From positions 186,001 to 250,000 of the forward strand of contig NW_026867531.1 of assembly GCF_020745735.1 (NCBI RefSeq): a stretch of DNA of 64,000 bases. The letters run 5' to 3'. Shown piece by piece: positions 37,616-50,063 of this stretch. This DNA comes from Hemiscyllium ocellatum (taxonomy: Eukaryota). Numbering within the stretch: position 1 is the stretch's first letter; the number at the start of each line of letters is the position of its first letter. The position numbers were made by a program, and so were the translations under genes. Under the pieces are notes generated by a model, which made no database searches, had not been told where the DNA came from, and was given only the letters and a program-made list of their open reading frames with translations.

Positions 37616-37820
37616 GTAAAAAGTGAGGTCTGCAGATGCTGGAGATCACAGCTGCAAATGTGTTGCTGGTCAAAGCACAGCAGGCCAGGCAGCATCTCAG
37701 GAATAGAGAATTCGACGTTTCGAGCATAAGCCCTTCAAGGGCCTATGCTCGAAACGTCGAATTCTCTATTCCTGAGATGCTGCCTGGCCTGCTGTGCTTT
37801 GACCAGCAACACATTTGCAG
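37616..37820. mobile_element. Non-autonomous Penelope-derived fold-back insertion with a 15-bp TSD
   Basis: 86-bp arms 37650-37735 and 37737-37822 with one mismatch; TSD ctatcaggcagaaca at 37601-37615 and 37821-37835. Confidence 0.9.
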
Positions 37821-38394
37821 CTATCAGGCAGAACATTCCAGTTTCCAAGCAATGCTTTTTAAAAACAGTTTTCCTTGTAACCGTTGTTTTCTTTTTTTTT
37901 GCTGATCAAGTTAAATCCACTGATCCTTTTCTTCTCAAGCCTTTTTTAAAATATAATCCGCACAGTATGGAAACAGGCCACTTGGCCCAACAAATCCACA
38001 CCAACTCTCCAATCCAAATGCATTCTCCTACTCTTTTTACTCTATCCAAATCCCTCATGATTTTGAACACTTTTAAAATGAATTCTTCATCTTCTGTTCT
38101 CAAACTATCCACATAGTTCTCCAGTTGCTCATCTCTGGTACCATTTTTGTGTACCTTTTGTGCACGTTCTCAAATCCCTTCCTGAAGCGTGCTGCATAAA
38201 GACCAGACATGAGGGAAAAGCATGTTTATAACTATTTGTCATAATTTCTTTATTTTGCATGCCACTGTCTTATTTATAATGTTCAGAATCCTCATGATAT
38301 CTTCAATCTGCAATCAGAGGAAGTTGACAATTTAAGTTCACGAGTAAAGAAAGTGACAGTCGAAAAGGAAGTTTGATCCAATGTATGAACATGT

Positions 38395-38760
38395 TATGCT
38401 TCAACATGTGTTCAGTCTCTTTCTGAACCTGTGCCACCCTTCAAAGGTTAAGTCTATAGGATGTTGCTTGATTGGAACAGCATTTCCTCAATCAATATTA
38501 TGTGCAGTGAGATTAGTAATTCCCAGGTTATTCCCACATATCTCCCCATGTGATTGTAGTAACTCTTTCAGGTCATTTCGATTTTCATCCGGAAGGTAAC
38601 TCAGCAGTTTATCCCAGTTTTCCAGAACTTCCTAATTGTTCAATTTAATTTGAGGAATGTCCAATTCACAATCATCTGAAATTGTTTCGTCACTCTGTGT
38701 TGTAGCCAGTAACACATTCTTTTTTGTTTTCCTATCAAAATAGCTTTTGAACAAAACACA
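38395..38760 (-). mobile_element. Gypsy-type pol fragment (integrase end followed by RT lead-in)
   Basis: Manual translation FKSYFDRKTKKNVLLAT...DIPQIKLNN*EVLENWDKLLSYLPDENRNDLKELLQSHGEICGNNLGITNLTAHNID*GNAVPIKQHP(Y)RLN. Confidence 0.7.
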
Positions 38761-41700
38761 TCTCTTTAAGCCACAGAATGGTCACAGAAATAAGTGGAGC
38801 AGTAAGCCATTCAGCCCCTTAAGCATGCGCTGCTGTTCAAAATGACAATGGCTGATTATCCAACTCAGTACCCTGTTCCATTATTCTTTTGATAAGCTTT
38901 GATCTCTTTAGCCAGAAAAAAAACTATTATGTTTTGGACTCAATCAATTTCTATGACTGTGAATTCTAAAGAGTCACCACTGTCAGGGTGAAGAAAGGTT
39001 TCCTCATCTCAGTCCAAAATGCCCGAGCCAGTATCTGTAGACCGTGACCCTGGTTCTGGACTCCCCAGCCGTGGAGAACATCCTTCCTGGTTATCTAATT
39101 CTGGATATAAACACTGACTTGTGCTGCATCTTGTGATCTTAGCCTGGGTCAATATGGGGAGGGTTATTCTCAGTATTGCCACACTTTGACAGTGCAAGTT
39201 AACCTCTTGCTGACAGCAGGCTGGAAGCAAGGTAGCCATTTGTTGCTAAGGAAGAGATAGGACTGAGTGCTCACTGCCCATATTCAAAAGGGAAGAATGA
39301 CCCATTGAGGAGAGATATTAGAGGACTTTTTGTAGCTGTAACGGTGGACACTGATAGAAATTACTGACTCCCGTATAACACACAGGGAATCAGCAAAGGT
39401 GACTCAAACTGCTGATTCCTAATTAGCACTTTCCAAATGACAACAGCCCATTGGTTGAAGAAGCTTTCCTTTTTAACATTAAAATGTTCAGCAATGTATG
39501 ACATGCCTCTGGAATAGGCAGGACAGGAATTTAAACCTACTAGGTCTAATCTAGGAACTTAAGCCTACTGATCTAGGGGTAGGGAGACTATCATTCCACC
39601 ATAAGAGGCCTGTTGTGCATCTCATACAGAATCAATGCAATTTCCCTTAATTGCTTCATTAATTTCTGGGGATGTAAATAATAAGCCGCCTGTCAGAGTA
39701 TTGGGTGTTGCTCAGGTGTCACTGAGTAGTGTGCTGATCTTTGAGTTGGAGGGTTCAAGACCTACCATCGGGTTTAGAACAGACTAATTGATGCTGCCAC
39801 AACAGTGCAGTCCTGAGATAATCCTACGCATCAGATGTATATGAGGCATTAAACCAAAGCCACTCTGCCCTCTAAAGGGACCCTTATTATTTTGAATTAA
39901 AGTGAGGAGATTATACCTGGTGTCCCAGCCAGTACTTATCGCTCAATCCCGATGAGCAGATGATCTGGTCATCATCTCCTTCCTGCTTTTCTCATGGTAC
40001 ACAAATTAGATATCACATTTCTGACATGTGACTACATGATCAAAAGTACTTCAGTTGTTGTAAAGAACATCTCTGATTGAAAATTGACTTTGTCAGAACC
40101 TGCATGTATTGTTACTCAACTTGGTTGTTCATGTTTCACTCTCTGCTGTAAGAAAACACTCCTTCCCAACTTCCATCAAATGAGAATGAGACAAAGCTCA
40201 GTGCTGTAATATTTAACTTTGTACTAACATCTGGGTCAAACTAATATACCATTCAATGCAAATATAAAATAAATGGAACCAGTTTTAAAGTATCAAAGCA
40301 AATTATATTTTCCACCAAAGGAGTGTATTGAAATATTTCAATAGTTCTCATTGTGTCAAGTACCAGCAAACAGTGGAGTCTGTTCCAATCTATTTTATCT
40401 TGTCTAAAGAATAGGCTGAGGAAAAGAACAGTGCATGAGGAGAGCAGTACAGTGTGGATCAGTGATTAACAGCAGGAGAATTATTCTCCAGATTAGAATA
40501 GATATGTAGTGGAATATACTAAAATGATAGAATAAGAGAAGCTAAAGTGAGATGTTGTCAGCTGAAAGTTTTATAAGCTTGTTAAAATCTGGTCAGTCAG
40601 GATCTTATTGAATAGGGGAGCAGGCTCGAAGGGCCAAGTGACCTGTTCCCATTTATTGTTCATACCGCAAAACAATTTTGCGAGTTACTCGAGCGGAGGT
40701 ATTAAACACACATTTTAAACTGTTACATGTGCACATGTTGACATTTCCATCTCTGATTCCCTGGGTTTGATAGCATGTAGTTGACAGTAGCCCCAGGGGT
40801 TCTGCACTTGTTTCAGAGATCTGGAAAGAGATGTTTAGGATACTCTGAGATTGCATTAAGATGTTATATAAATGCACAACTTTTCTACTTGCCTTCCTGC
40901 TGGGGTGGAGGGGGTTTTGCTCTTCATCAAACCTGTGTATCATTTGACTTCAATTTGCTTTTCTTTGTTGCATTATTGTATGGAGTTTATTCTCTTAAGT
41001 CAATAGCCTGGATTTTGCCCAAAGTTTAAGAGGATTTTACTCACATTGGTGAGTTTCTGTATCCCATGAAGTAACTTCATTGCAGTCAGTAATGGGAAAT
41101 AAAGCAGATCAAATATAATGTTGTTAATTGTTATTAGGTCAATTAATAGGGATAACTATATGCTGTTCTATGAGCCTCAGGATTTAAAAGCCTTTTCAGT
41201 AGGGCCACTGCTGATTTACCCAACGCGCTATATTGGTGAACTCACTGATACTGAAACCTCTATAATCTGGGACAATGATGAAATACAAACTGACTGGAAC
41301 CGCAACTTATCAGAAAAACTAGGGAACAGAGAGAGATTGGGGCCGAAGCTCAGAACACAGAGGCACTGCAAACCCAAGCACCCATTGACACAGCTTCTCG
41401 AGATGAGTTATGATGTGGTTCTGCACTATTCGGTTCTGATCTGTGATCGCAACCAATGCTTCTCTGTCAAGCCGATGTGGTTTATGGATAAAAATAATGT
41501 CTGCTAGAAGGTAACTACAAAGCTCTCTTGCGATAATGCGACACAGACTCAAGTGAAATGTGGAGTATCTCCTTTTGGGGCTTCTTGCATCCTTTCAAGT
41601 GGCAGCTGAATTTGATAATCAGGTCTCAGTTACTATCGAATTGAATGAAATCTTGTTAGTGGTTCATTTATTTACATTTCCCTATCTCTGAGGTTTGCCC

Positions 41701-43389
41701 CATTTCGTTATTAAAGAGCCAATGTGTGTGAGATCTCTTTAGTGCTGTCCATAGGATAGCCGTACTCCTGCCACTGTGCAACTGCATATTGATAGATGCC
41801 TTTAAAAACAATCTGAATCTATGGTCACATACTGGTGTAGGAACTGAGCGGGGCCCAGGACAGAATGAGCAACTCTTCAACTGCTGCTAACCAATGTCAT
41901 TATCACAAGGGTGCTTTTGGTGCCATCTTCACTATTCAGAATAACAATTAGTTTTCCTGCTGGTGCAGCATTTCTCTCTATTACTTTACATAATAGTGTG
42001 CTGTGTGTATGTGCATGTGGTTTGTTTCTATTTATTTCTGTTCCTCAATGGCTTTGAAATTGTTGCTGTATAGGATCAAAGGTAAAGTAATGTCTCCACA
42101 AGGACATTGTTGCTGGTTTCCCTCTGAGACCAGTGCAGAACTTTACCAGTTCATTGTCGGCCTGATACATTATAGTGAAGTTTCCCCTCTGCCAGCTGGG
42201 ACAGCATGGACATTTGAGTATTGATGGAAATAAAGGTTTTTTTTATTTCGGTCTTTAGTATTGTACTTATCAGGACACTCTCAAGAATACCAATGGGAAG
42301 GGAGAAAGCATTTAATCTGTCTGGGTAATGAGTGCTGATTGGTAAAGGCATGGAGGATGGTCCAGGTGATGATTGGCAGTTAACAGCCAATGCTTGTTGT
42401 GATTCGACTAAATTGGTGATGGCCATTCTCGGACTCATTTGGCAGGGCAATACCTTGACCACAAAGGCAACCTACCAATTGAAAACTTAACAATGTTTAG
42501 CTGATAACTGTCTGTCACCATCTGACCAGTCCATTTCCATTGGGGACATCTCGGTCAATCATTGTGCACTTTCCAAAGCATCAGAACTCTTTTCTTGTTC
42601 AGTGTAAAATGTTGTTTCCCTTCATATCAAAATCCTTGCAGCTATCCTGATGTATGCAAGACAAAAAAAAGAGCATGTCCTATTTTATAGCAATATCCAA
42701 TTTCTATATTTGCAAACAACCGTTTGAATATGGGAACCTTTTGTTAATGGAGTATCCAACATCCAGCTGGTATCATTAAAATGGAATCTAGTTTTTGAAT
42801 TTGAAATGATTTAACCCCCTGACAAGCCCACTTTGTACATGCAGATCCTTTTTGAATATTGTATCAGTCTGGCTGTTGAAAGACAGCTTTGGAAAGTTGT
42901 TTATTTCTGTCAACTTCTATTTAATGAATTGCTGAAACGGTGGATAATGCATTCTATTGCATTTTCAAAACTGAGATATCGTGTGAAATCAGGAGATGTG
43001 CACAGTGCAAATAAAAATCCCATTTAATGCTGGCCTGGACAAGACTGGTAAACTTAAACTTGTGCTTATAGAGAAAGGACTGAGATCTTAACTGGCTCAT
43101 TATCATCTAATGTATTGAGATTAAACTTACGTCTATCTCTAAATTCTTCAAGGCCTTGATCCACGCTGTCTCTTGTACCCCTTATATACACACTCTGTTC
43201 TTTGGTTCTCTGATTGCTTTTGTCCATGAGTCTGGTCAAGTCCCCTGAATTAGATGTACTTTACTGATAAACTTCCTTACATGCCCTCTGGTACTCATTC
43301 TCACTTTGAAAGCTTGCTTAAAAGCCGGTTTCATGTCATTGGTCCTAAGTCTTCTGATACATGCCAACAACCTTCTCCTGCTTGGCATT

Positions 43390-44176
43390 CGGTGCATCCT
43401 TTTCCAGTTTGGAAGGTCAAACTCGAATGCTGAATATAGGGTTAAAGGCAGGATTCTTGGCAGTGGAGAGGAACAGAGGGATCTGGGTGTGCAAGTACAT
43501 AGATCCCTCAAAGTTGCCACCCAAGTGGATAGGGTTGTTAAGAAAGCAGATGGTGTTTAGACTTTCATTTACAAGGGAATCGACTTTGAGAGCAGCGAGG
43601 TTTTGCTACAGCTCTACAAGTCCCTGGTAAGACCACACCTGGAACATTGTGTCCAGTTCTGGTCACCCTGCTATAAGAAATAGATAGAGGCTTTGGAGAG
43701 GGTGCAAAGAAGGTTTACCAGGATGCTGCCTGAACTGGAGGGCTTGCTTTATGAAGAAAGGTTGAATAAGCTCAGACTTTTCTCTCTGTAAAGAAGGAGG
43801 AAGAGAGGAGACCTGATTGAGGTATACAAAATAATGAGAGGAATAGATAAAATCAAAAGCTAGAGAATTTTCCCCAGGGCAGGATTGACTGGTACGAGGG
43901 GGTCATAGTTTTAAGATATTAGGAGAAAGGTATAGAGGAGACGTTAGAGGTGGGTTCTTTATGCAGAGTGTTGTGAATGCATGGAATGCTTTGCCAGCAG
44001 TGGTGGTGGAAGCAGAGTCATTAGGGACATTTAAGTGACTGCTGGACATGCAAATGTTTAGCAGTGAGTTGAGAGGTGTGGGGGTTGTTATTATATTTTA
44101 CATTAGGATTAGACCTCGGCACACTGTCGTGGGCCAAAGGGCCTGTTCTGTGCTGTATTTTTCTATGTTCTATGTT
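43390..44176 (+). mobile_element. CR1 3' RT fragment
   Basis: AEYRVKGRILGSGEEQRDLGVQVHRSLKVATQVDRVVKKA; (ttctatg)n tail at about 44161-44175. Confidence 0.88.
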
Positions 44177-45169
44177 AAAGCATCTCATAAATGTGAGTAT
44201 TAATATCCACTTTGGCAGATTTAATTGATTCTCATTGGAATGTATCTGCCAAACCTTTAGCAAAACCGAATCAGCAAACAGCTTCAGACTGTGCCCACGT
44301 CCAACACAAAACATTGCTGCTCCTCATTCACTTTTCAAATGCACTGCTCCATTCCAAATAGCAGACCACCCATTCCCATTCATAGAGATGTGTTTCTGAC
44401 GGATGGAAGTGGTTGTTTCTGTACTTCTGCCATTTTTATTGAACTCATCTCAAGTTACACTTTAGAATTTGACGGTCAGGCCAAGACTGTTTGTTTTAAG
44501 CTTTATCAATTTTGACCAGGTTGCCAGCTCTTCATGTTCTTGAATATTGGAATATTGGCTGCGTTCTATCAGCCCTCTAGGGACAGGCTGCAAGGTCATT
44601 AGGTGGGTAATAGGGTGGAAGATGATAAGGGAAGGAAGGAGTTTCCACCTCCGTAGTATTTTATTGATCCCAAATTCGGGAAAGGATGACCACTCAGGTG
44701 GCCAATGCAGAGTCTGTTCCTGCCAATGCTGGCAGTTTATTAGCAGTAAGGTCTTCCATTGTGTGGGAGACCTCCCCCTGCATCCTAGTGACACCCCTGG
44801 AGGATGTCCCTCCTAATGTAGTACCTTATGGTCACAACAGGGTATCCCATCTGCACACTGGAACAGTCTCCTGTCCATGGTGGCAATCATTACGGGAACT
44901 GGAAATCAGAGTAAGTGAGTGAAAGAAGCCGTGAGTGCTAGAATGTTCACAACATTCCCAGGATCAGGTTGGCAGCTCCTACTGAGGCCATTAATAAGTC
45001 ATTGAGATCCCCCAATTGGTGCATTTCAGTGCTATCAAGCAAATAGTGAAGTGGAGCCATGTGATAAAATCATTTACATTCAGTGCTGGATACTTGAGAC
45101 TTTTTTGTGAGAAACTTTATAATTCTTCTAAATGTTCTTCGTGCACTTTTTGTTTCATACAATGGTGAT

Positions 45170-46030
45170 TTTCTACATAGGATTACAGAGGAAAAACAGA
45201 CCGTTTGGCACAATCAGTTTATGCCAGTGCTTATGTTCTACTCAAGGTGTTTCACATCTTTCCTCATCTAAATCGCCCGTTGTAATTCTCTATTCCCATC
45301 CCTTCCAAGTGCTCCCCTAGTTTCGTTGAAATACATCTAAACTATTGATTTCAACTTTTCCGTCTGGTCACACATTCCCCATTCTCATCATTCTTTCAGT
45401 GAAGAGGTTTCTTCTGAATTCCCTTTTGGACTTCTTGAGGTATCGTCTTATTTTGACAGCCTCGAGTTATATTCTATCCCACAGTGAAATGTTTTCTCTG
45501 TACCTTCTCTTTTCAAAACCTTTCTTAATTTTAGAACTGTCATCCTTCTTTTCAAGAGAGAAGTGAACAGCACAACAATTCTTCGTTGATATGCACAGCC
45601 AGAAACTTGTGTAGCATTCTCGTAAATCATCTCTTCACTATCTCTCATACATTCTATAATATGTCAACTTGAACTGCAGGCAATACTCTTAATTATAGTC
45701 AACCAAATTTGAAACCCTACTTTCAAATCTATCCCTTTAGAGATACAACTTAGAGCTTTGTTTGCATTTTTATGGCCTTTGGAACCTGTGGTGAAATTGT
45801 TAGTGACTGATGTAATTGTCTGAAATCCCTTTGTTTGTCTCCCTCACTTAGACGTGCATCTTTGTCTAAGTGACCTGCACATTATTCCTACCAAGATGTA
45901 ACATCTTACGTTTATCTGTGTGGATCTTCATTTGCTAATTATTTGAATGTACGGTAAATTAATTAATGATCTCTTGCAACTTCTTGTAGTCCTCAGAATT
46001 GGCTACATTTCAACATTCCTTTCCAATTTG
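45170..46030 (-). mobile_element. Old CR1 3' relic
   Basis: Tail catagg..attacagaggaaaaacagaccgtttggc and degenerate RT C-terminal homology. Confidence 0.55.
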
Positions 46031-46464
46031 GTGTCATTGAATTGCTAACTTTTTTGTCGTAATTAGATGCAACATTTAATTTGCAGTTTTACTTTATTTT
46101 GTTTTGAATATTTAGAGAGGTGCAGTAATCCACACATTAACTATAACAACTAAATGTAGAATGACAGATAGATGAAAATTATTACAAACACAGGACTAAT
46201 TAATAGACTCTATTAACTTCACGGTCAAAACAGGGAATTATTTTTTACACGAATGATATGGTGAGATGATCCGTAGTGCAATAACTTTTTGTCCATTTTT
46301 TTGTTGCAGTTTATTTCCCCAGGTCTTTCTGTGCTACTGATATGAATTTGAAAAGGCACCCATCCTCCATTTTAAACTAAATGATAATAAAAAAACCAAT
46401 ATTTATATTAAATGCAACATGATTTATGAAGCCAATCCTCTAGGCTTATACATATTCACGGCCA

Positions 46465-46905
46465 TGTAGAGTTATACAGGGAGAGGCTGAATAGGCTGGG
46501 GCTGATTTCTCTGGAGCGTTGGAGGCTGAGTCATGACTTTATAAAGGTTTATAAAATCATCAGAGGCATGGATACGGTAAATAGACAAGGTCTTTTCCCT
46601 GAGGTGGGTGGAGTCTCATCTAAACCGTGAGTATAGGTTTAGAGTGAGAGGGGAAAAAGTTCGAAGTACCTAAAGAGTAACTTTTTCATGCTGAGGATGG
46701 TGTATATGGAATGAACTGCCAGAGGAAGCGGTGGAGGCTGGTGCATTTTCAACGTTTAAAAGGCATCTGAGTGTGTATAAGAATAGGAAAGGTTTAGAGG
46801 GATATGGACCAAGTACTGCCAAATGGGACTAGATTAGATTAGGATAACATGGGCAAGTGTGATTGAAAGATCTGTTTCCAAGTTGTACATCTCTATGACT
46901 CTATG
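46465..46905 (+). mobile_element. CR1 3' end
   Basis: agggagaggctgaataggctggggct...ctctatgactctatga tail. Confidence 0.85.
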
Positions 46906-49620
46906 ATCTACCCCTTTGCTCTTAGTGTACTAGTCGAATCTCTTTGGATTATCTTTAACATTATCTCCCAAGGCTATCTCATTTTCCTTTCTTGTCCTCC
47001 TCATTCCCCTCTTTAGAATGTCCCTGCACCTCTTGTACTCTTCGAGATTCACTTGATCTCATTTATCTATATCTAATATATGATTCATTCTTAATCTGAA
47101 CCAGAGCCTCAATATCTTTATTCCTCCAGTGTTCCCTCCTCTTACCAGCCTTACCTTCACACTAACTGGGACATCACGCCTCCGAACTCTCGTTATCTCA
47201 CTTCTGAAAGCTTCATTCTTGCCGGCCGTCCCTTGAGCTGCAAACAGTCTACTCCAATCAACTCTTGAAAGATTTTGTCTCATACTATCAAAATTTGCCC
47301 TAGTTCAATTAAGAACTTTAACTTATATATAATGCCAATCCTTTCCATAGATATTTTAAACTAATCGAATTATGACCCCGGCCCCAAAAAGCTCCCCTAC
47401 TAACCATTCAGTCACTTGCCCTGCCTTATATCACAAGAGTAGGTCAGGTTTGCTCCTTCTGTGATAGTTACATCTGTATATTAATGAAGAAAATTGACTT
47501 TAGCACTTACCAAATTCCTCACCATCCAAGCTCTTAAGACCATGGCTGTCCCACTTTATGTTTGGAAGGTTAAAATTTGCGATTATTACAATCCTATTAT
47601 TCTTACGTATAAATAAGATCTCTCCACATATTTTTTACTCAATTTCACTCTGACTACTGGGGGGATTATTACAATTGCATCAAAGTAATCATGCCCTTCT
47701 TATTAATGAGTTCCATCCACATAGCTTCACTGGACCATCCCTCAGAAATACCTTGTGGTAGAACAGCAGTAGTTTCACCACAAGAAAAATTGACTCCAAT
47801 CTCCTTCTAGCTCTTCCTACTTCTGCCGTACCTTTGATGGTGGGAGGGGCTTTGAACATAAATGATTCAATTTACTGGTGATGGTTAGTAGCTGAAAATA
47901 AAGATACTCTGGGGGACTTGGGTGATGGGAAATAAAAGGTTACATTGTGTGGAAGGAAAATTCTGGATTTAAACAAGAATTTTAAAAAACAAACTCCATT
48001 CTGTCTGCCCAGGTCTTCCCTACACGGCTGTACCTCCAGAGTACTTTCCTTTTATTTTGATGTGTTCAAGTTAATCCCGCCCACTGTTTTGTACTTGTCA
48101 ACCATTTGTTAACGGGTGTTTGCTGTTTCAGAGTGTAGGTTACCTTATTGTGTACGTTCTCAGAGTTCAGTGTTTGGGTCCTTGTTGTTCCAACCTGTGC
48201 TTTGGTCTCTAATGCAAAATTACAGCAAAATATTAACAGCAATTTAAGGCAAAATGTTAGGATATTGGAAGAACAGCACAGAGCATCAAGTTTGACAGAG
48301 GGGTTGTGGGAAAGGACGTGGAAAGCAGCAGGGTTTCCAGAACTTCTGATCTCTGCCTTCCCTGATCGAAATCAACCTGTGATTGATCATTTTTGAGGAT
48401 TGTTATTCATTAATATCGGTGTGTCAGATAGATCTCCGTCTCAGGGAGGGGTGACGTGCTCCTTTGTTTTGTGATGAATTCAGAGAACATACAACAGTAA
48501 GGGGGTAAACCCAAAGGGGTGAAGGAGCAGAGGATCCTCCGTGTGTATGTGCACAAATCAGGGAATGTACCATGACACGTGGACAGAAGAGCAAATAAAC
48601 CCTACTTCATCAATAACACCGCAGAGAACAAACACAAAGCTATTATGTTACACTGAAATCAAACAGTCTCTTGTCTCACCTGGAATATTGCATCTCGTTT
48701 CAGGTGCCACATTTTTGACAAAATGCGAAGTTATGAGATTGGGTGCGTGACTGATTCACAACACCATTCCCGGGATGATACACCTCACCAACTCTGAGAA
48801 ATTGAGAATGTTCTCCTCTGCTGATAGTTCCCAGACTCTGTGAACTGTTGCTATGATTGGTTCTCAGTTCCGTCTTGTGTCATATAGATCCCAATGGCTG
48901 AATATTTCAGGGACTCATGAGCTCTGACTTGCCTGATCAACATTGACCTCTGATTTATTATTTTTGAGGGTTGCTGTTCAGTAATATCCCTGTATCAGAT
49001 AGATCCCAGTCTCATTCCCTGGGATTTGACAGGTGTGGTGTGTCAAATAGATCCCAGGAATTCTGCTCCATGAGATTTATGCGTGAGAAAAACTCCAGTT
49101 CTGAGAATCCGCCCTTGGATTGTGCACATGTTGCTGTCTGACTACCTGACTGAGCGTTGACATTTTTGGCTGATGAATGTTTCGTTGGGCGTTGTAGGTG
49201 GTGATTTATGTATTACTAACCCAGGCTGTCCGGACATTGGGAGTACATGTAGTTTAGACGGTGTAGAGTAAACTTTCAAACTCCTTTGCCTGCCTTTTAT
49301 AGGCTTCTGGTGGAGCAAAGCTCCTAATTTGTATCATTACGTGACCCGAGGCCGTGACCCTTGGTGCATAAGAGGAAATGTTCTCTAATCATTCTGCCTC
49401 TGGAGTGTTCCATCAGGCATATCGTGTGAAAGATGTATTTACATTAGTGGGCGGCATGGCAGCGCAACATTAAACTAAATGACTGGATGAAACACAACCA
49501 AACAGAACAAGTGAAAGTACTTGGCTGGGAAAGGAGTAGGATGTGGGAAAATGTATGATTACTGACTGGCCTTGAAGAAAGAATGAAGCAAACTCAAGGT
49601 TAGTGCATATTCATTTGAGA

Positions 49621-49626
49621 TTTATT
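49621..49626 (-). terminator. Candidate membrane-form polyadenylation signal
   Basis: An AATAAA on the minus strand about 430 nt after the TM2 stop. Confidence 0.5.
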
Positions 49627-50054
49627 AACCATTTCAGAAAGCATTTCTATCCAAAAAGTTGATGTAAAAGCTAACAGAAGTGAATATAATGGCTGGTTGC
49701 CACATTGAGATGAGAACACATGCGCTGTGAGGTGGGAATTTTATGTACATCAGTAACAGTCACAAGAAAGGGAATACAAAGGCTCATCAGAAAGGGGAGG
49801 CAACCATTCTGAGTAAGGAACAAATAAAAACAAAACAAATGGGCTTCAAACAACTGGGAAGCTACAAATTCTTCCAACCACAACCATCTCAAAGATATCA
49901 AAGTAAAAACGAAAATCCATCAATAATTGTCTCAGTTACACACTGATAAACTGAAGTGATCTCACTGTTAGAGTCAGCAACAGGACAGATTGGAGATTGG
50001 GAATTCAGAGACCTTGATAAGCAGATCAGGAAATCAAAGGGGTCCAAAATTCAT

Positions 50055-50063
50055 TCACTTAAC
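50055..50063 (-). CDS. IgW: Membrane exon TM2 (Val-Lys-stop)
   Basis: tctctcttttccAG|GTT AAG TGA, 139-bp intron after TM1; completes the typical KVK tail. Confidence 0.88.
   Translation of the reverse strand, partial: VK

Noticed and set aside
40256-40269. Octamer ATGCAAAT overlapping TATAAAA (Ig-promoter-like)
   Set aside because: The two motifs overlap rather than being properly spaced, the context is AT-rich, and no leader or V exon follows; compatible with chance.
41118-41507. 129-aa ORF in unique sequence
   Set aside because: No recognisable domain or splice structure; an ORF of this length is expected by chance.
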